NCBI GenBank assembly: GCA_021129775.1
Contig: JAJOKP010000094.1
Coordinates: forward strand, 4,066-68,065
Reading direction: 5' to 3'
Source of the DNA: Clostridiales bacterium
GTDB lineage: Bacteria; Bacillota; Clostridia; Peptostreptococcales; NVVX01
DNA length: 64,000 nucleotides
Shown piece after piece: positions 18,987 to 28,690 of the stretch (position 1 is its first letter; every line of letters starts with the position of its first letter). The notes under the pieces are model-generated. The model searched no databases. It had not been told where the DNA came from and worked only from the letters and a program-made list of their open reading frames with translations. The position numbers were made by a program, and so were the translations under genes.

Positions 18987-20114
18987 ATGACGCAATTAAA
19001 GATTCTTTTAGCAACAACTGGTTTAGACATTGGTGGTGCAGAAACGCATGTTACTGAATTAGCCAAAGAACTCAAAAAAATGGGGCATACTCCAATAGTT
19101 ACCTCAAGTGGTGGAATTTACGAAGAAGAACTAAAAGATTATGATATTGAACATATTAAATCTCCATTAGATAGTAAAAATATTAAGGATATTTTAGTTT
19201 CATTTTCCACATTATATAAAGCGGTTAAAGAAAACAATATTGACATAATTCATGCACATGGTAGAATCGCAGCTTTAATTGCAAAGATTGTTTCTTCATG
19301 CTTGAAGGTGAATTTTATGACAACTTCACACGCTCTGTTCGATTCTAGACTACCTTTTAGATACTTAACTTTTTGGGGTGACGAAGTAATAGCTGTGAGT
19401 GAAGATGTAAAGCGACATTTGATGAAGTGCTTTGAAGTCGCTGAGGAGAAAATTACAGTAATACCCAATGGAATAAGTGAAAAAAAGTTTAATCCTGATA
19501 TTGATTATCCAAAGGCTCTTGAAGAATTGGGATTAAAACAAAATAGCAAGAAGATTGTGTATATAAGTAGAATTACAGATGCTTTAGCAGAACTTACAAA
19601 ATTAGTTATTGAGGCAGGGTTACTATTAAATGAAAACACTGTGAATGCAGAAATTATTATTGTGGGAGATGGCGATCAATTTACACAGATAGAAGCCGTA
19701 GCAAAAGAGGCAAATACAAAGAACGATGTAGTAAGAATACTTGGCAAAAGAGTAGATATTGCTAAAATTCTTAGTATTGCAGACGTTGTAATTGGAGTAG
19801 GGAGAACATCGCTAGAGGCAATGGCTATGGGCAAGCCTGTCATTATTGCAGGTGGTGAGGGCTATGCTGGCTTACTAACTCCTAGCAATTATGAGCTAGT
19901 AAAAGAAACAAACTTTACAGGGAGAGATGTTGGAAGTTTAAGTTCTGCGCAGCAACTATGCGTTGAATTATTATCTGTCTTTGAATTGTCCAAGAATGAA
20001 TTAAGAGAAACAAATGAATTCGTTCGAGTAAAAATAGTGGAATCTTATTATATAGATAAAATGGCAATTAACACTGAATCTGTTTATTATCGATTACAAG
20101 CTAGTGACGATTAA
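18987..20114 (+). CDS. Glycosyltransferase family 4 (second copy)
   Basis: GLDIGGAETHV N-terminus and RTSLEAMAMGKPVI C-terminal region. AAGGAG RBS before ATG 18987. Confidence 0.75.
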   Translation: MTQLKILLATTGLDIGGAETHVTELAKELKKMGHTPIVTSSGGIYEEELKDYDIEHIKSPLDSKNIKDILVSFSTLYKAVKENNIDIIHAHGRIAALIAKIVSSCLKVNFMTTSHALFDSRLPFRYLTFWGDEVIAVSEDVKRHLMKCFEVAEEKITVIPNGISEKKFNPDIDYPKALEELGLKQNSKKIVYISRITDALAELTKLVIEAGLLLNENTVNAEIIIVGDGDQFTQIEAVAKEANTKNDVVRILGKRVDIAKILSIADVVIGVGRTSLEAMAMGKPVIIAGGEGYAGLLTPSNYELVKETNFTGRDVGSLSSAQQLCVELLSVFELSKNELRETNEFVRVKIVESYYIDKMAINTESVYYRLQASDD

Positions 20115-20184
20115 GTGGAAATTCGAGTAATAACTAGTTTGATTGAAACATGATTAATATATGAGAGAGGATTTTGGTGAAAAA

Positions 20185-20667
20185 ATGATCTTTAGAGGTA
20201 AAATCTTGCAACATATAAATCTTTTTGATGTATTTGTACTATTATTGGTTATTATTGCGATTGTGTTAGGAACAAGGCAGTTTGTATTTAGCTCGCCTAC
20301 TAGCGATGTTGACAGAGAAGAAACTATAATAACATTTGCTGTTAGAGGTGTTAGGGCCGCAACAGTTGAGGTTATTAATGAAGGCGATGTTGTAATTTGT
20401 GTAGATAGTGAAGAAGCATTAGGAACAATTATAAGTAAAGAAATTAACGATTTTCAAACAACTGTAGATACAAAAGATGGCAAGGTGGTATTGGCATCTG
20501 TACCAAACAGATACGATGTTCTAATTTCAATCCGTGGGTATGCAATAATTACTGATAATGAAATAGTGATTAATTCCACTGCCGTGAGAGTAGGAGCGAT
20601 TGTTAGAATTTTTACAAATCGCTATGAAGTAAAAACAACCGTGGTGGGCATAGAATACAATAAGTAG
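20185..20667 (+). CDS. DUF4330-like membrane-anchored protein (paralog of 13713-14204; start 20161 or 20185)
   Basis: IFRGKILQHINLFDVFVLLLVIIAIVLG, then a collinear beta-rich domain (VPNRYDVLISIRG vs VPERFDALVVLRG). Confidence 0.6.
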   Translation: MIFRGKILQHINLFDVFVLLLVIIAIVLGTRQFVFSSPTSDVDREETIITFAVRGVRAATVEVINEGDVVICVDSEEALGTIISKEINDFQTTVDTKDGKVVLASVPNRYDVLISIRGYAIITDNEIVINSTAVRVGAIVRIFTNRYEVKTTVVGIEYNK

Positions 20668-20708
20668 AGTTGAAACTTTTTTTTACTAGGTAGGAAGGAA
20701 GAGGAATC

Positions 20709-21794
20709 ATGAAAGTGTTAATATTCGGATACTACGGGTTTCAAAACTTAGGGGACGAAGCGATATTACAGGCAATTGTAGAACAATTAAAGAGCGTAAA
20801 TGGAGAGATTGAAATTACAGCATTAACTTACAAGGCTGAAGACACTAAAAAGAGTTTTGCAATCAATACTGTTAGCAGAAACGATTTCCGTGGACTAATT
20901 AGAAGAATTAAGGAAGTTGATGTAGTGATTAGTGGCGGTGGCTCAATACTTCAAGATGTAACTAGTAGCAGGTCCTTGATTTACTACTTAGCTATTATAT
21001 TGATAGCTAAACTATTTAATAAAAAGGTTATGTTTTATGCGAACGGTTTTGGACCAATAAACAAAGTATTTAATAGAATGATAGCAACATACATAATAAA
21101 TAAGGTAGATGTTATTACTGTTAGAGATTACAAATCAAAAGAGCTGATGCAGTCAATGGGGATAAAGAACAACATCATAGTAACAGCGGATGCAACTTTT
21201 GCTTTGAAATTATTAGATGTGTCCGAAGTAGAACGAGTTTGGAGTGAAATTGGAATTGACAAAAAGAGAAAGACAATAGGAATATCCGTGAGGCGATGGA
21301 AAAATTTAAAGGATTATAAAAAAAATATTGCAAAAATAGGAGATTACCTATCAAAGCTAAACTATCAAATAGTTTTTATCCCAATGCAACACCCAAGCGA
21401 CGTCGAAGTATCAAAAGAAATTGCTGCTATAATGGAAAACGAATCAGTGATACTTGAAAAAAAATATACTCCAAGGGAGTTGATTGGAATCATCGGAAAG
21501 TTAGAGCTGCTAATTGGGATGAGGTTGCATTCTCTAATCTTCGCTGCCATTTCTGGAGTGCCGATGGTAGGAATAGAATATGATCCGAAAATAAAGAGTT
21601 TTGTAGACGATTTTGATCAATTGAGCGCTGGAGGCGTTGAATCTTTGGAGTTCATCTCGTTTTGTACAGTCGTTGAGAATACACTTCACCACAGAGAAGA
21701 AATAATCGAAAAACTTGTTATTGCAAAGAAAAATATGGAAGCAAGGGTTGGTAACAACTTGAATCTACTAGTTCAGCTAGCACAAGAAGGGTGA
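20709..21794 (+). CDS. csaB: Polysaccharide pyruvyl transferase CsaB
   Basis: N-terminus MKVLIFGYYGFQNLGDEAIL and length (361 aa) typical of CsaB. Confidence 0.8.
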   Translation: MKVLIFGYYGFQNLGDEAILQAIVEQLKSVNGEIEITALTYKAEDTKKSFAINTVSRNDFRGLIRRIKEVDVVISGGGSILQDVTSSRSLIYYLAIILIAKLFNKKVMFYANGFGPINKVFNRMIATYIINKVDVITVRDYKSKELMQSMGIKNNIIVTADATFALKLLDVSEVERVWSEIGIDKKRKTIGISVRRWKNLKDYKKNIAKIGDYLSKLNYQIVFIPMQHPSDVEVSKEIAAIMENESVILEKKYTPRELIGIIGKLELLIGMRLHSLIFAAISGVPMVGIEYDPKIKSFVDDFDQLSAGGVESLEFISFCTVVENTLHHREEIIEKLVIAKKNMEARVGNNLNLLVQLAQEG

Positions 21795-21798
21795 GGAA

Positions 21799-22518
21799 AT
21801 GAGAAAGAAAGTTAAAATTCTGAATGTAGCTATCGATACTGTGTCTAGAGAAGAAGCACTAAAAATAGCTATTGGATATATTGAGAATCAATCTAACAAA
21901 AGAATATATACCCCTAATCCTGAAATTGTTATGATAGCGCAGACGGATGGTAATGTAATGAGGTTGCTAAATGAAGGGGATTTGGTTGTACCTGATGGAA
22001 TTGGGCTAATTATTGTATCAAGAATAAAAAAACTAGAGCTTAAAGAACGTGTGGCAGGTGCTGATTTGGCGGATAATATTTTGAAGTTTTGTGGCAAGGA
22101 AAAAAAATCGATTTTTATTCTTGGAAGCAAACCTGGTGTTGCTGAGATAGCATGCGAAAAGATTAAGGAAATACACCCAGATATTATAATTGCTGGATAT
22201 TTTCACGGATATTTTAAAGAGACAGAGGACGAAGCGATTATTGAAAAAATAAACAATGTAAACCCTGATGTGGTACTTGTGGGTTTAGGCGCACCTAAGC
22301 AAGAGATTTGGATTGATAAATACTATAAGAGAATTAACTGCAAATTGATAATGGGTGTAGGTGGTGGTATTGATATCTGCGCAGGCACATCAAAAAGAGC
22401 ACCGATAGCATTTCAAAATCTAGGGTTAGAGTGGTTCTATAGGTTAGTAAAAGAACCATGGAGACTTAAACGTATGCTTGTACTACCTAAATTTTTAATT
22501 AAAGCTTTGCGCTCGTAA
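21799..22518 (+). CDS. tagA: WecB/TagA/CpsF-family glycosyltransferase (N-acetylmannosaminyltransferase-like)
   Basis: Motifs PDGIGL, LVGLGAPKQEIWI, GVGGGIDI. 239 aa. Confidence 0.8.
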   Translation: MRKKVKILNVAIDTVSREEALKIAIGYIENQSNKRIYTPNPEIVMIAQTDGNVMRLLNEGDLVVPDGIGLIIVSRIKKLELKERVAGADLADNILKFCGKEKKSIFILGSKPGVAEIACEKIKEIHPDIIIAGYFHGYFKETEDEAIIEKINNVNPDVVLVGLGAPKQEIWIDKYYKRINCKLIMGVGGGIDICAGTSKRAPIAFQNLGLEWFYRLVKEPWRLKRMLVLPKFLIKALRS

Positions 22519-22676
22519 AAGATTGGAGTGACTCACTACTAGTGAACTCGTTCAGCTACGCTGAACATCGGGGATTCAGATGGGGATTCTGCCCCACCTG
22601 AATAAAAAGATTAAGATCTGTCACCCACTTAAAGAAGTGGGTGTCTTATCAAATTTGATTAACGGGGAGGAGAAAC

Positions 22677-23540
22677 ATGAAAAGAAAATTGCATAAAATT
22701 ATGTTTGAGTATTTGATGATAACGGGAGGCTGCGCATTAATGGCAGCGGGGATATTTTTCTTTTTTGCACCAAATACTATTGCTCCTGGTGGGGTATCAG
22801 GTTTTGCTGTAGTAATACAAAAAGCGACTGGTTTTCCAATAGATATCACAAATCTGATAGTTAACATTCCGCTATTTATTGCGGGCGTACTAGTTTTAGG
22901 AAAAACCTTTGGTGTTAAAACTGCGTATGCGACTATTATCTTTTCTGCATTTATACGATTATATACTATAGTTTTTCCAAGTGATTTAATAGTGACACAG
23001 GATATTCTATTAGCTGTTATTTACGGAAGCGTGATAATGGGTGTTGGGCTAGGATTCATTTTTAAATACGGAGGTACAACTGGAGGAACTGCATTAGGCG
23101 GAGCTATCTTAAATAAATTCTTTCCGTCACTTAGCATTGTTAAATTGATGACTGCGTTAGATTTATTTGTTGTAGCCGCAGCGGGTTTAGTGGTACGGAA
23201 CACAGATAATTCCCTTTACTCAATAATAGCTTTGTATATAATTGTGAAATCAACAGACTTTATAGTAGAGGGACTAGGTTATGCTAAGGCTTTTCATATC
23301 ATTTCGTTGAAATCGGAGCTTATAGCCAAGAAAATTACTGACGATATAGGTAGAGGCGTAACTTTATTAGAAGCAAAAGGTTTTTATACAGGAGAGAAAC
23401 GCAATGTATTGTTGTGTGTTGTTAACCGAGTTCAAGTAGCGAAGCTGAAGAAAATTGTCAATGAAATAGATAAGAACGCTTTCATGATGGTAACGACAAC
23501 ACACGAGGTCTTAGGAGAAGGATTCAACGAAACTGATTAA
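22677..23540 (+). CDS. YitT-family membrane protein with C-terminal DUF2179 domain
   Basis: 5-6 TM N-terminal part plus a C-terminal GVTLLEAKGFYTGEKRNVLLCVV...MMVTTTHEVLGEGF block. Confidence 0.75.
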   Translation: MKRKLHKIMFEYLMITGGCALMAAGIFFFFAPNTIAPGGVSGFAVVIQKATGFPIDITNLIVNIPLFIAGVLVLGKTFGVKTAYATIIFSAFIRLYTIVFPSDLIVTQDILLAVIYGSVIMGVGLGFIFKYGGTTGGTALGGAILNKFFPSLSIVKLMTALDLFVVAAAGLVVRNTDNSLYSIIALYIIVKSTDFIVEGLGYAKAFHIISLKSELIAKKITDDIGRGVTLLEAKGFYTGEKRNVLLCVVNRVQVAKLKKIVNEIDKNAFMMVTTTHEVLGEGFNETD

Positions 23541-23562
23541 AAATACAGGAGGAAGATGAAAC

Positions 23563-24381
23563 ATGAATAAATATAGACTACTAGAAGAAAAAGCTAACGC
23601 AATCAGAAAGAACATTATTACCATGCTAAACAAATCTGGGTCTGGACATCCAGGTGGCTCTTTGTCGGCAGTCGAGATTTTAACTGCATTGTATTTTAGT
23701 GAAATGAAAGTGGATTCGAAAAATCCAAATTGGGATAAAAGAGACAGGTTTGTTTTGTCAAAAGGGCATGCTGCTCCTGTATTATATGCGACTTTAGCAG
23801 AGAAAGGATTTTTCCCAAAAGAAGAACTTTTGAAACTTAGACAAGTAAACTCAATGTTACAAGGGCATCCTGACATGAAAGGAACTCCAGGTGTAGACAT
23901 GTCTACAGGCTCATTAGGGCAAGGATTTTCTGCTTCTTGTGGTATGGCTCTTGCGAATAAGCTTGATAGAAACGAGATTAGAACTTATGTGTTGCTCGGT
24001 GATGGCGAAGTTCAAGAAGGTATTGTTTGGGAAACCGCAATGGCGGCATCTCATTATAAACTAGATAATTTAGTAGCGATACTTGATTTTAATGGTCTTC
24101 AAATTGACGGATCAAATGATTCGGTTATGAGTGTACAACCACTTGCCGATAAGTTTAAAGCTTTTGGATGGAATGTTATTGAAATTGATGGTCATGACTA
24201 TGGTGAAATTATTAAGGCTTTTAACGCGGCGAAAACTATAAAAGAGCGACCTACAATGACACTTGCTTATACAATAAAAGGTAAGGGAATTTCTTTTATG
24301 GAAGATAAATCGGGCTGGCATGGAAAAGCACCAAATGAAGAAGAAACTAAAGTAGCTTTAGCTGAATTGGAGGTAGTTTAA
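23563..24381 (+). CDS. Transketolase, N-terminal (TPP-binding) subunit
   Basis: GSGHPGGSLSAVEILTALYF, GDGEVQEG motifs. 272 aa. Confidence 0.9.
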   Translation: MNKYRLLEEKANAIRKNIITMLNKSGSGHPGGSLSAVEILTALYFSEMKVDSKNPNWDKRDRFVLSKGHAAPVLYATLAEKGFFPKEELLKLRQVNSMLQGHPDMKGTPGVDMSTGSLGQGFSASCGMALANKLDRNEIRTYVLLGDGEVQEGIVWETAMAASHYKLDNLVAILDFNGLQIDGSNDSVMSVQPLADKFKAFGWNVIEIDGHDYGEIIKAFNAAKTIKERPTMTLAYTIKGKGISFMEDKSGWHGKAPNEEETKVALAELEVV

Positions 24382-25323
24382 ATGAGGGACATGATTGCTA
24401 CAAGAGATGCTTATGGGAAAGCATTAATTGAATTAGGAAAAATGAATAATGGTATAGTAGTATTAGATGCAGATTTATCAAAGTCGACAAAGACAGCAGA
24501 ATTTTCTACTGCTTTTCCCAAACGATTTTTTAATATGGGAATAGCCGAGCAGAATATGATGGGCGTAGCAGCAGGTTTTGCAACTGCAGGGAAAATTCCG
24601 TTTGTTAGTACATTTGCTATGTTTGCAACTGGCAGAGCATTCGAAATAATAAGAAATTCTATTGCATACCCAAAATTGAACGTAAAAATTTGTGCAACAC
24701 ATGCTGGGATTACTGTAGGAGAAGATGGTGCTTCGCATCAAGCATTAGAAGACATAACATGCATGAGAGCAATACCTAATATGACTGTAGTTGTTCCCTC
24801 TGATGCAGTGGAGACAACTAAAATTATACATGCTGTTGCAAAATTAAAGGGACCAGTTTATGTGCGTTTAGGAAGACTAGCTGTTCCTGTGATCAATGAT
24901 AATGAAAAATATAAATTTGAGCTAGGAAAAGGTGTTGAGCTAATAGAGGGAAATGATGTTACAATCATTGCTACAGGAATGATGGTAAGCGAAGCGCTAA
25001 AAGCCAGTGATAAACTCAAAGAACAAGGAATTAATGCGGGGGTAGTAAACATCCACACCATAAAACCAATTGATAAAGAACTAATCATTAAGAAAGCTAA
25101 GGAAACAGGAGCAATGGTAACTGTTGAAGAACATAACATTATTGGTGGACTAGGCTCAGCAGTAGCAGAAGTTTTAATAGAAAACCATCCTGTAATAATG
25201 AGAAGAATTGGAATTAACGATACTTTCGGGGAATCTGGAAAACCGAAAGATTTATTAGAGAAGTACAAATTAACTGCTAATGAAATCGTTAAAAGCACAA
25301 AAGAATTAATAGCAAACAAATGA
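24382..25323 (+). CDS. Transketolase, C-terminal (pyrimidine-binding) subunit
   Basis: FNMGIAEQNMMGVAAG, GASHQALEDI motifs. Starts 1 nt after the N-subunit stop. Confidence 0.9.
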   Translation: MRDMIATRDAYGKALIELGKMNNGIVVLDADLSKSTKTAEFSTAFPKRFFNMGIAEQNMMGVAAGFATAGKIPFVSTFAMFATGRAFEIIRNSIAYPKLNVKICATHAGITVGEDGASHQALEDITCMRAIPNMTVVVPSDAVETTKIIHAVAKLKGPVYVRLGRLAVPVINDNEKYKFELGKGVELIEGNDVTIIATGMMVSEALKASDKLKEQGINAGVVNIHTIKPIDKELIIKKAKETGAMVTVEEHNIIGGLGSAVAEVLIENHPVIMRRIGINDTFGESGKPKDLLEKYKLTANEIVKSTKELIANK

Positions 25324-25497
25324 CAGGCTTAGGGCTTGTGATGAAATAAGCTGTGCAATGTTACGAAGGATTTTCGTTCATAACCAAGGCGTGGAAATAG
25401 GCGCATAGCAGCGTTATGTAACTGTTTCCACAACGCAGGGTATGGACGAAAAGACAAGTAAGATTGTACAGGTTATTTAGGAAAAAGCCCTTACTTG
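25324..25497. repeat. ~170-nt imperfect palindrome (two ~70-nt inverted arms around a ~27-nt centre)
   Basis: Arm aaataagctgtgcaatgttacg..ttttcgttcataacc..gtggaaa (25344-25397) versus the reverse complement of tttccac..ggtatggacgaaaa..gattgtacaggttattt (25425-25478). Roughly three-quarters of positions match. Outer agggctt/aagccct extends the dyad. Confidence 0.6.
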
Positions 25498-25573
25498 AAT
25501 ATTTTATATTTCTCCCGAATAGACATTATTAAAGGATGAGTGTAATTTATCGTCTTGCGGGGGTGATACTAAT

Positions 25574-26047
25574 ATGAATTATAGAATACCTAAATTTCCA
25601 TCAATTAGGTGGAAGCAGTTTATCGCAATCACGGCAATTCTTTTAGTTGCGTTTGTACTAGTTAAGTGTTTGCCGTATTTTTTGTCAGGTGGTGATCATG
25701 AAGTGAGTTTCGTAGTGTTAGAGAACAATCAAGTGCCTGACAGAATAACACGCATTCTTCCGAGATATAGAACGCTAGAAAGAGCTCTAGCAACTGAAGT
25801 CGAAGAAGAAATTTACGTAATTGTAACAAGAGGTGAAAAATCAACGGGAGGATATACTGTCAGTATTGAAAGTATGCATCTTATTGAAGAAAATGAGGAA
25901 AGAAAACTTGTAGTCAAAGCAACTTTCAAGGACCCAGAAGCTGACGAGCTAGTTGCGCAAGTTATTACTTACCCTTATGTAGCTGTAAAGACAAATCTAC
26001 GAGAACTTCCTAGCTTAATTGATTTGCAAATTAGTTATCCAGACTAG
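25574..26047 (+). CDS. PrcB-like (protease complex subunit PrcB C-terminal domain) membrane-anchored protein
   Basis: N-terminal TM anchor. RGEKSTGGYTVSIES motif resembles the PrcB_C signature. Confidence 0.55.
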   Translation: MNYRIPKFPSIRWKQFIAITAILLVAFVLVKCLPYFLSGGDHEVSFVVLENNQVPDRITRILPRYRTLERALATEVEEEIYVIVTRGEKSTGGYTVSIESMHLIEENEERKLVVKATFKDPEADELVAQVITYPYVAVKTNLRELPSLIDLQISYPD

Positions 26048-26063
26048 CATGTATGGTTATTGT

Positions 26064-26096
26064 AAAAAAATAAACCGCAGAGGTTTATTTTTTTTT
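26064..26096 (+). terminator. Rho-independent terminator
   Basis: aaataaacc-gcag-aggtttatt stem followed by T9. Confidence 0.7.
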
Positions 26097-26188
26097 GTTA
26101 GTTGAAGAAAAGTATGGTATAAATATAATATACACATATTATTAGTAGTTGTATGTGAAAAATAGAAATATTGGGAGGAACGATTTTT

Positions 26189-28579
26189 ATGTCGATGAAG
26201 GAAAAATGTAGATTAAAACCGAATCAACTAACTAGAATTTGCGATGCTGATTGCTTTTATTTTGATTCAACTGCTGATCTGGAGCCTCTTAGAGGTATTA
26301 TTGGGCAAGAGCGAGCAGTAGATGCGCTCGACTTCGGATTTAGAGTGAACAGGAAAGGTTATAACATTTACATTGCAGGAATAGGTGGCACTGGGAGAAA
26401 TAGTTATGCTCACTCAATTGCAGATAAAATGGCTAGAACCATGAAAATACCATCAGACTGGGTATATGTATATAATTTCAAAAAGCCTAACAAACCAAAA
26501 GCTATAAGCTTTGATGCTGGGGATGCTGTTTATTTTAAGAGAGATATTGAGAATGCAATGAAACAACTTAAGAAAGAACTACCACTAGTTTTCGTGTCTA
26601 CGGAATATGAAATTAAGAAAAACAAAATATTTAAAAAGTTTCAACACGAGAATAAAGAAATCATCAACAATCTAAACAGTATTGCAAAAAAATTTGGCTT
26701 CATTTTTAAAGATTCAGAGCAAGGATTAGTTACAATTCCATTAGTTGATAACCGACCGCTGACGCAAGAAGAGTATGAAAAACTAACAGAAGAACAGTTG
26801 AGCAAACTGAAAGAACTATCCGAAAAATTAGACTTTGAAACTTTAGGGGCATTTAATGAACTAAGAGAAGTGGAAGAAAAATTTAATGAATACATAAGAA
26901 ATCTAGATGCTGAAATAGGAAGGGTTTCAGTAAATAGCGCTCTAAAGAACCTAATTGAAAAGTACAGAGCGAATAGTGCAGTCGCCGAATACATTAAAGA
27001 TTTTGAAGAAGATATAGTAGACAACATTGATAATTTTAAAAAGAATAACAAAAAAAACGTGGCGCAAACGTTAATACCACAAGCTAAGCCATCGGAGAGC
27101 TTTTTTAACCGTTACAATATCAATTTATTTATTGATAATTCTGATATAAAATATGCACCAATTGTTAACGAGACTAATCCTACGTTTTATAACATACTAG
27201 GTGCAATAGAATACAAAAGCGAAATGGGTATGCTTAAAACAGATTTTATGCAAATCAAAGTTGGAGCACTTCATTTGGCTAACGGTGGGTTTCTGATAAT
27301 CAATGTGAAAGAGATTTTAGCACAACCTTTCGCGTGGGAAACTTTGAAAAGGGCATTAAAAACTGAAGCAATTAACATTGAGAATATAAATACACTAACA
27401 GGAAATGTTGTATCGTCATCTCTTAAACCAGAAAGTATCCCTCTAAAATTGAAGGTGATATTAGTAGGAGATATGAATGTTTTTCATGCTCTATACAATT
27501 TTGATGATGATTTTAATAAATTGTTTAAAATAATGGCTGATTTTGATGTTGAAATGGATAGAACAGAAGATAGCGTATACAAAATGGCACAATTTATTGC
27601 AACTCACTGTGAAAGGGAAGAGTTAAGACATTTTAGCAAAACAGGAGTTGCAAGACTTCTAGAATATAGCTCTAGGTTAGCAGACCATCAAAACAAATTG
27701 AGCACAAGATTTAATAAAATTGTCGAGGTTTTGTATGAAGCTGATGCTTGGGCCGAAATTGAAAATAAGTTTATTATAACCGAAGAAGAAGTTGAAAAAG
27801 CGATACAGCAGAAAGAGTGTAGATATAATAAATACGAGGAAAAATTAAATGAAATGATTGAAGACGGTACTTTGCTAATTGATTTCGAAGGTAAAAAAAC
27901 AGGACAGATAAATGGGTTGGCCGTAATGGGAACAGGAGAATATTCGTTTGGAAAACCTAGTCGAATTACAGTATCTACTTACAGAGGGAAGCCTGGAATA
28001 ATTAGCATAGAAAGGGAAATTAAAAAAAGTGGAAGTATACACGCAAAAGGGATAATGATATTAAGCGGTTATTTGGGGGCGAAATATGCCCAAGAGGAGC
28101 CGATGTCACTAGCTGTGAGTATTAGTTTTGAACAAAATTATTCTACAATCGATGGTGATAGTGCCTCAAGCACAGAATTATTTGCGATATTGTCGAGTAT
28201 TTCAGGCATTGCAATTAAACAGTATATTGCTGTTACAGGATCTGTGAATCAAAAAGGAGAAATTCAACCAATTGGGGGTGTAAATGAGAAAATTGAAGGG
28301 TTTTATGATATATGCTATACGAAGGGGTTGACTGGTAGCCAAGGTGTAATTATTCCTAAGCAGAACTTAAAGAATCTGATGTTAAAAAAGGAAGTAATCA
28401 AGGCAGTTGAAGAAAACAAGTTTCATATATATGCAATTGAGCATGTTGACGAAGGGATTGAAATATTAACTGACATGCCTGCGGGGGTAAAGAATCAAGT
28501 GGATGAATACCCTAAGGGGACAATTAATTATTTAGTGACGGAAAAGTTAAGGGAAATAGCAACGAATAAAAGTAAGTGA
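26189..28579 (+). CDS. Lon-like protease of the LonC type (AAA-like domain with degenerate P-loop, S16 protease domain)
   Basis: P-loop-like GIGGTGRNS has no Lys-Ser/Thr. There is a long helical insert. The C-terminal Lon protease block is DGDSASSTELFAILSS...TGSVNQKGEIQPIGGVNEKIEGF. GGAGG RBS before ATG 26189. Confidence 0.8.
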   Translation: MSMKEKCRLKPNQLTRICDADCFYFDSTADLEPLRGIIGQERAVDALDFGFRVNRKGYNIYIAGIGGTGRNSYAHSIADKMARTMKIPSDWVYVYNFKKPNKPKAISFDAGDAVYFKRDIENAMKQLKKELPLVFVSTEYEIKKNKIFKKFQHENKEIINNLNSIAKKFGFIFKDSEQGLVTIPLVDNRPLTQEEYEKLTEEQLSKLKELSEKLDFETLGAFNELREVEEKFNEYIRNLDAEIGRVSVNSALKNLIEKYRANSAVAEYIKDFEEDIVDNIDNFKKNNKKNVAQTLIPQAKPSESFFNRYNINLFIDNSDIKYAPIVNETNPTFYNILGAIEYKSEMGMLKTDFMQIKVGALHLANGGFLIINVKEILAQPFAWETLKRALKTEAINIENINTLTGNVVSSSLKPESIPLKLKVILVGDMNVFHALYNFDDDFNKLFKIMADFDVEMDRTEDSVYKMAQFIATHCEREELRHFSKTGVARLLEYSSRLADHQNKLSTRFNKIVEVLYEADAWAEIENKFIITEEEVEKAIQQKECRYNKYEEKLNEMIEDGTLLIDFEGKKTGQINGLAVMGTGEYSFGKPSRITVSTYRGKPGIISIEREIKKSGSIHAKGIMILSGYLGAKYAQEEPMSLAVSISFEQNYSTIDGDSASSTELFAILSSISGIAIKQYIAVTGSVNQKGEIQPIGGVNEKIEGFYDICYTKGLTGSQGVIIPKQNLKNLMLKKEVIKAVEENKFHIYAIEHVDEGIEILTDMPAGVKNQVDEYPKGTINYLVTEKLREIATNKSK

Positions 28580-28690
28580 GAAGAGAAAGATAAGAAAAAT
28601 CCCTTAATAATTGTTAAAAACCATTGCACTATTAGAAAAAGTGGTGTAAAATTATCGTAAGCATTATTTAATGAATTTGTGGTGGAGAAT

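Noticed and set aside
22519-22676. Possible c-di-AMP (ydaO-type) or other riboswitch upstream of the YitT-family gene
   Set aside because: I compared it with the ydaO consensus pieces I remember (GGGGACCCA, GGGGUGAAUCC, CCGUCAGCUAACCUCGUAAGCG) on both strands. Only vague resemblance (ggggattc, cagctacg) was found, so no riboswitch class is claimed. The hairpins themselves are reported as a finding.
24858-25319. 153-aa - strand ORF; several other 60-140-aa antisense ORFs in the track (e.g. 1244-1672, 26641-27051, 39716-40201, 41736-42155)
   Set aside because: All are nested antisense within genes that carry clear catalytic motifs, and none has independent support.
23563-25323. Transketolase split into two ORFs (possible pseudogene)
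   Set aside because: The two-subunit N/C arrangement with a 1-nt gap is a common native organisation in Clostridia and archaea. Both halves keep their motifs.
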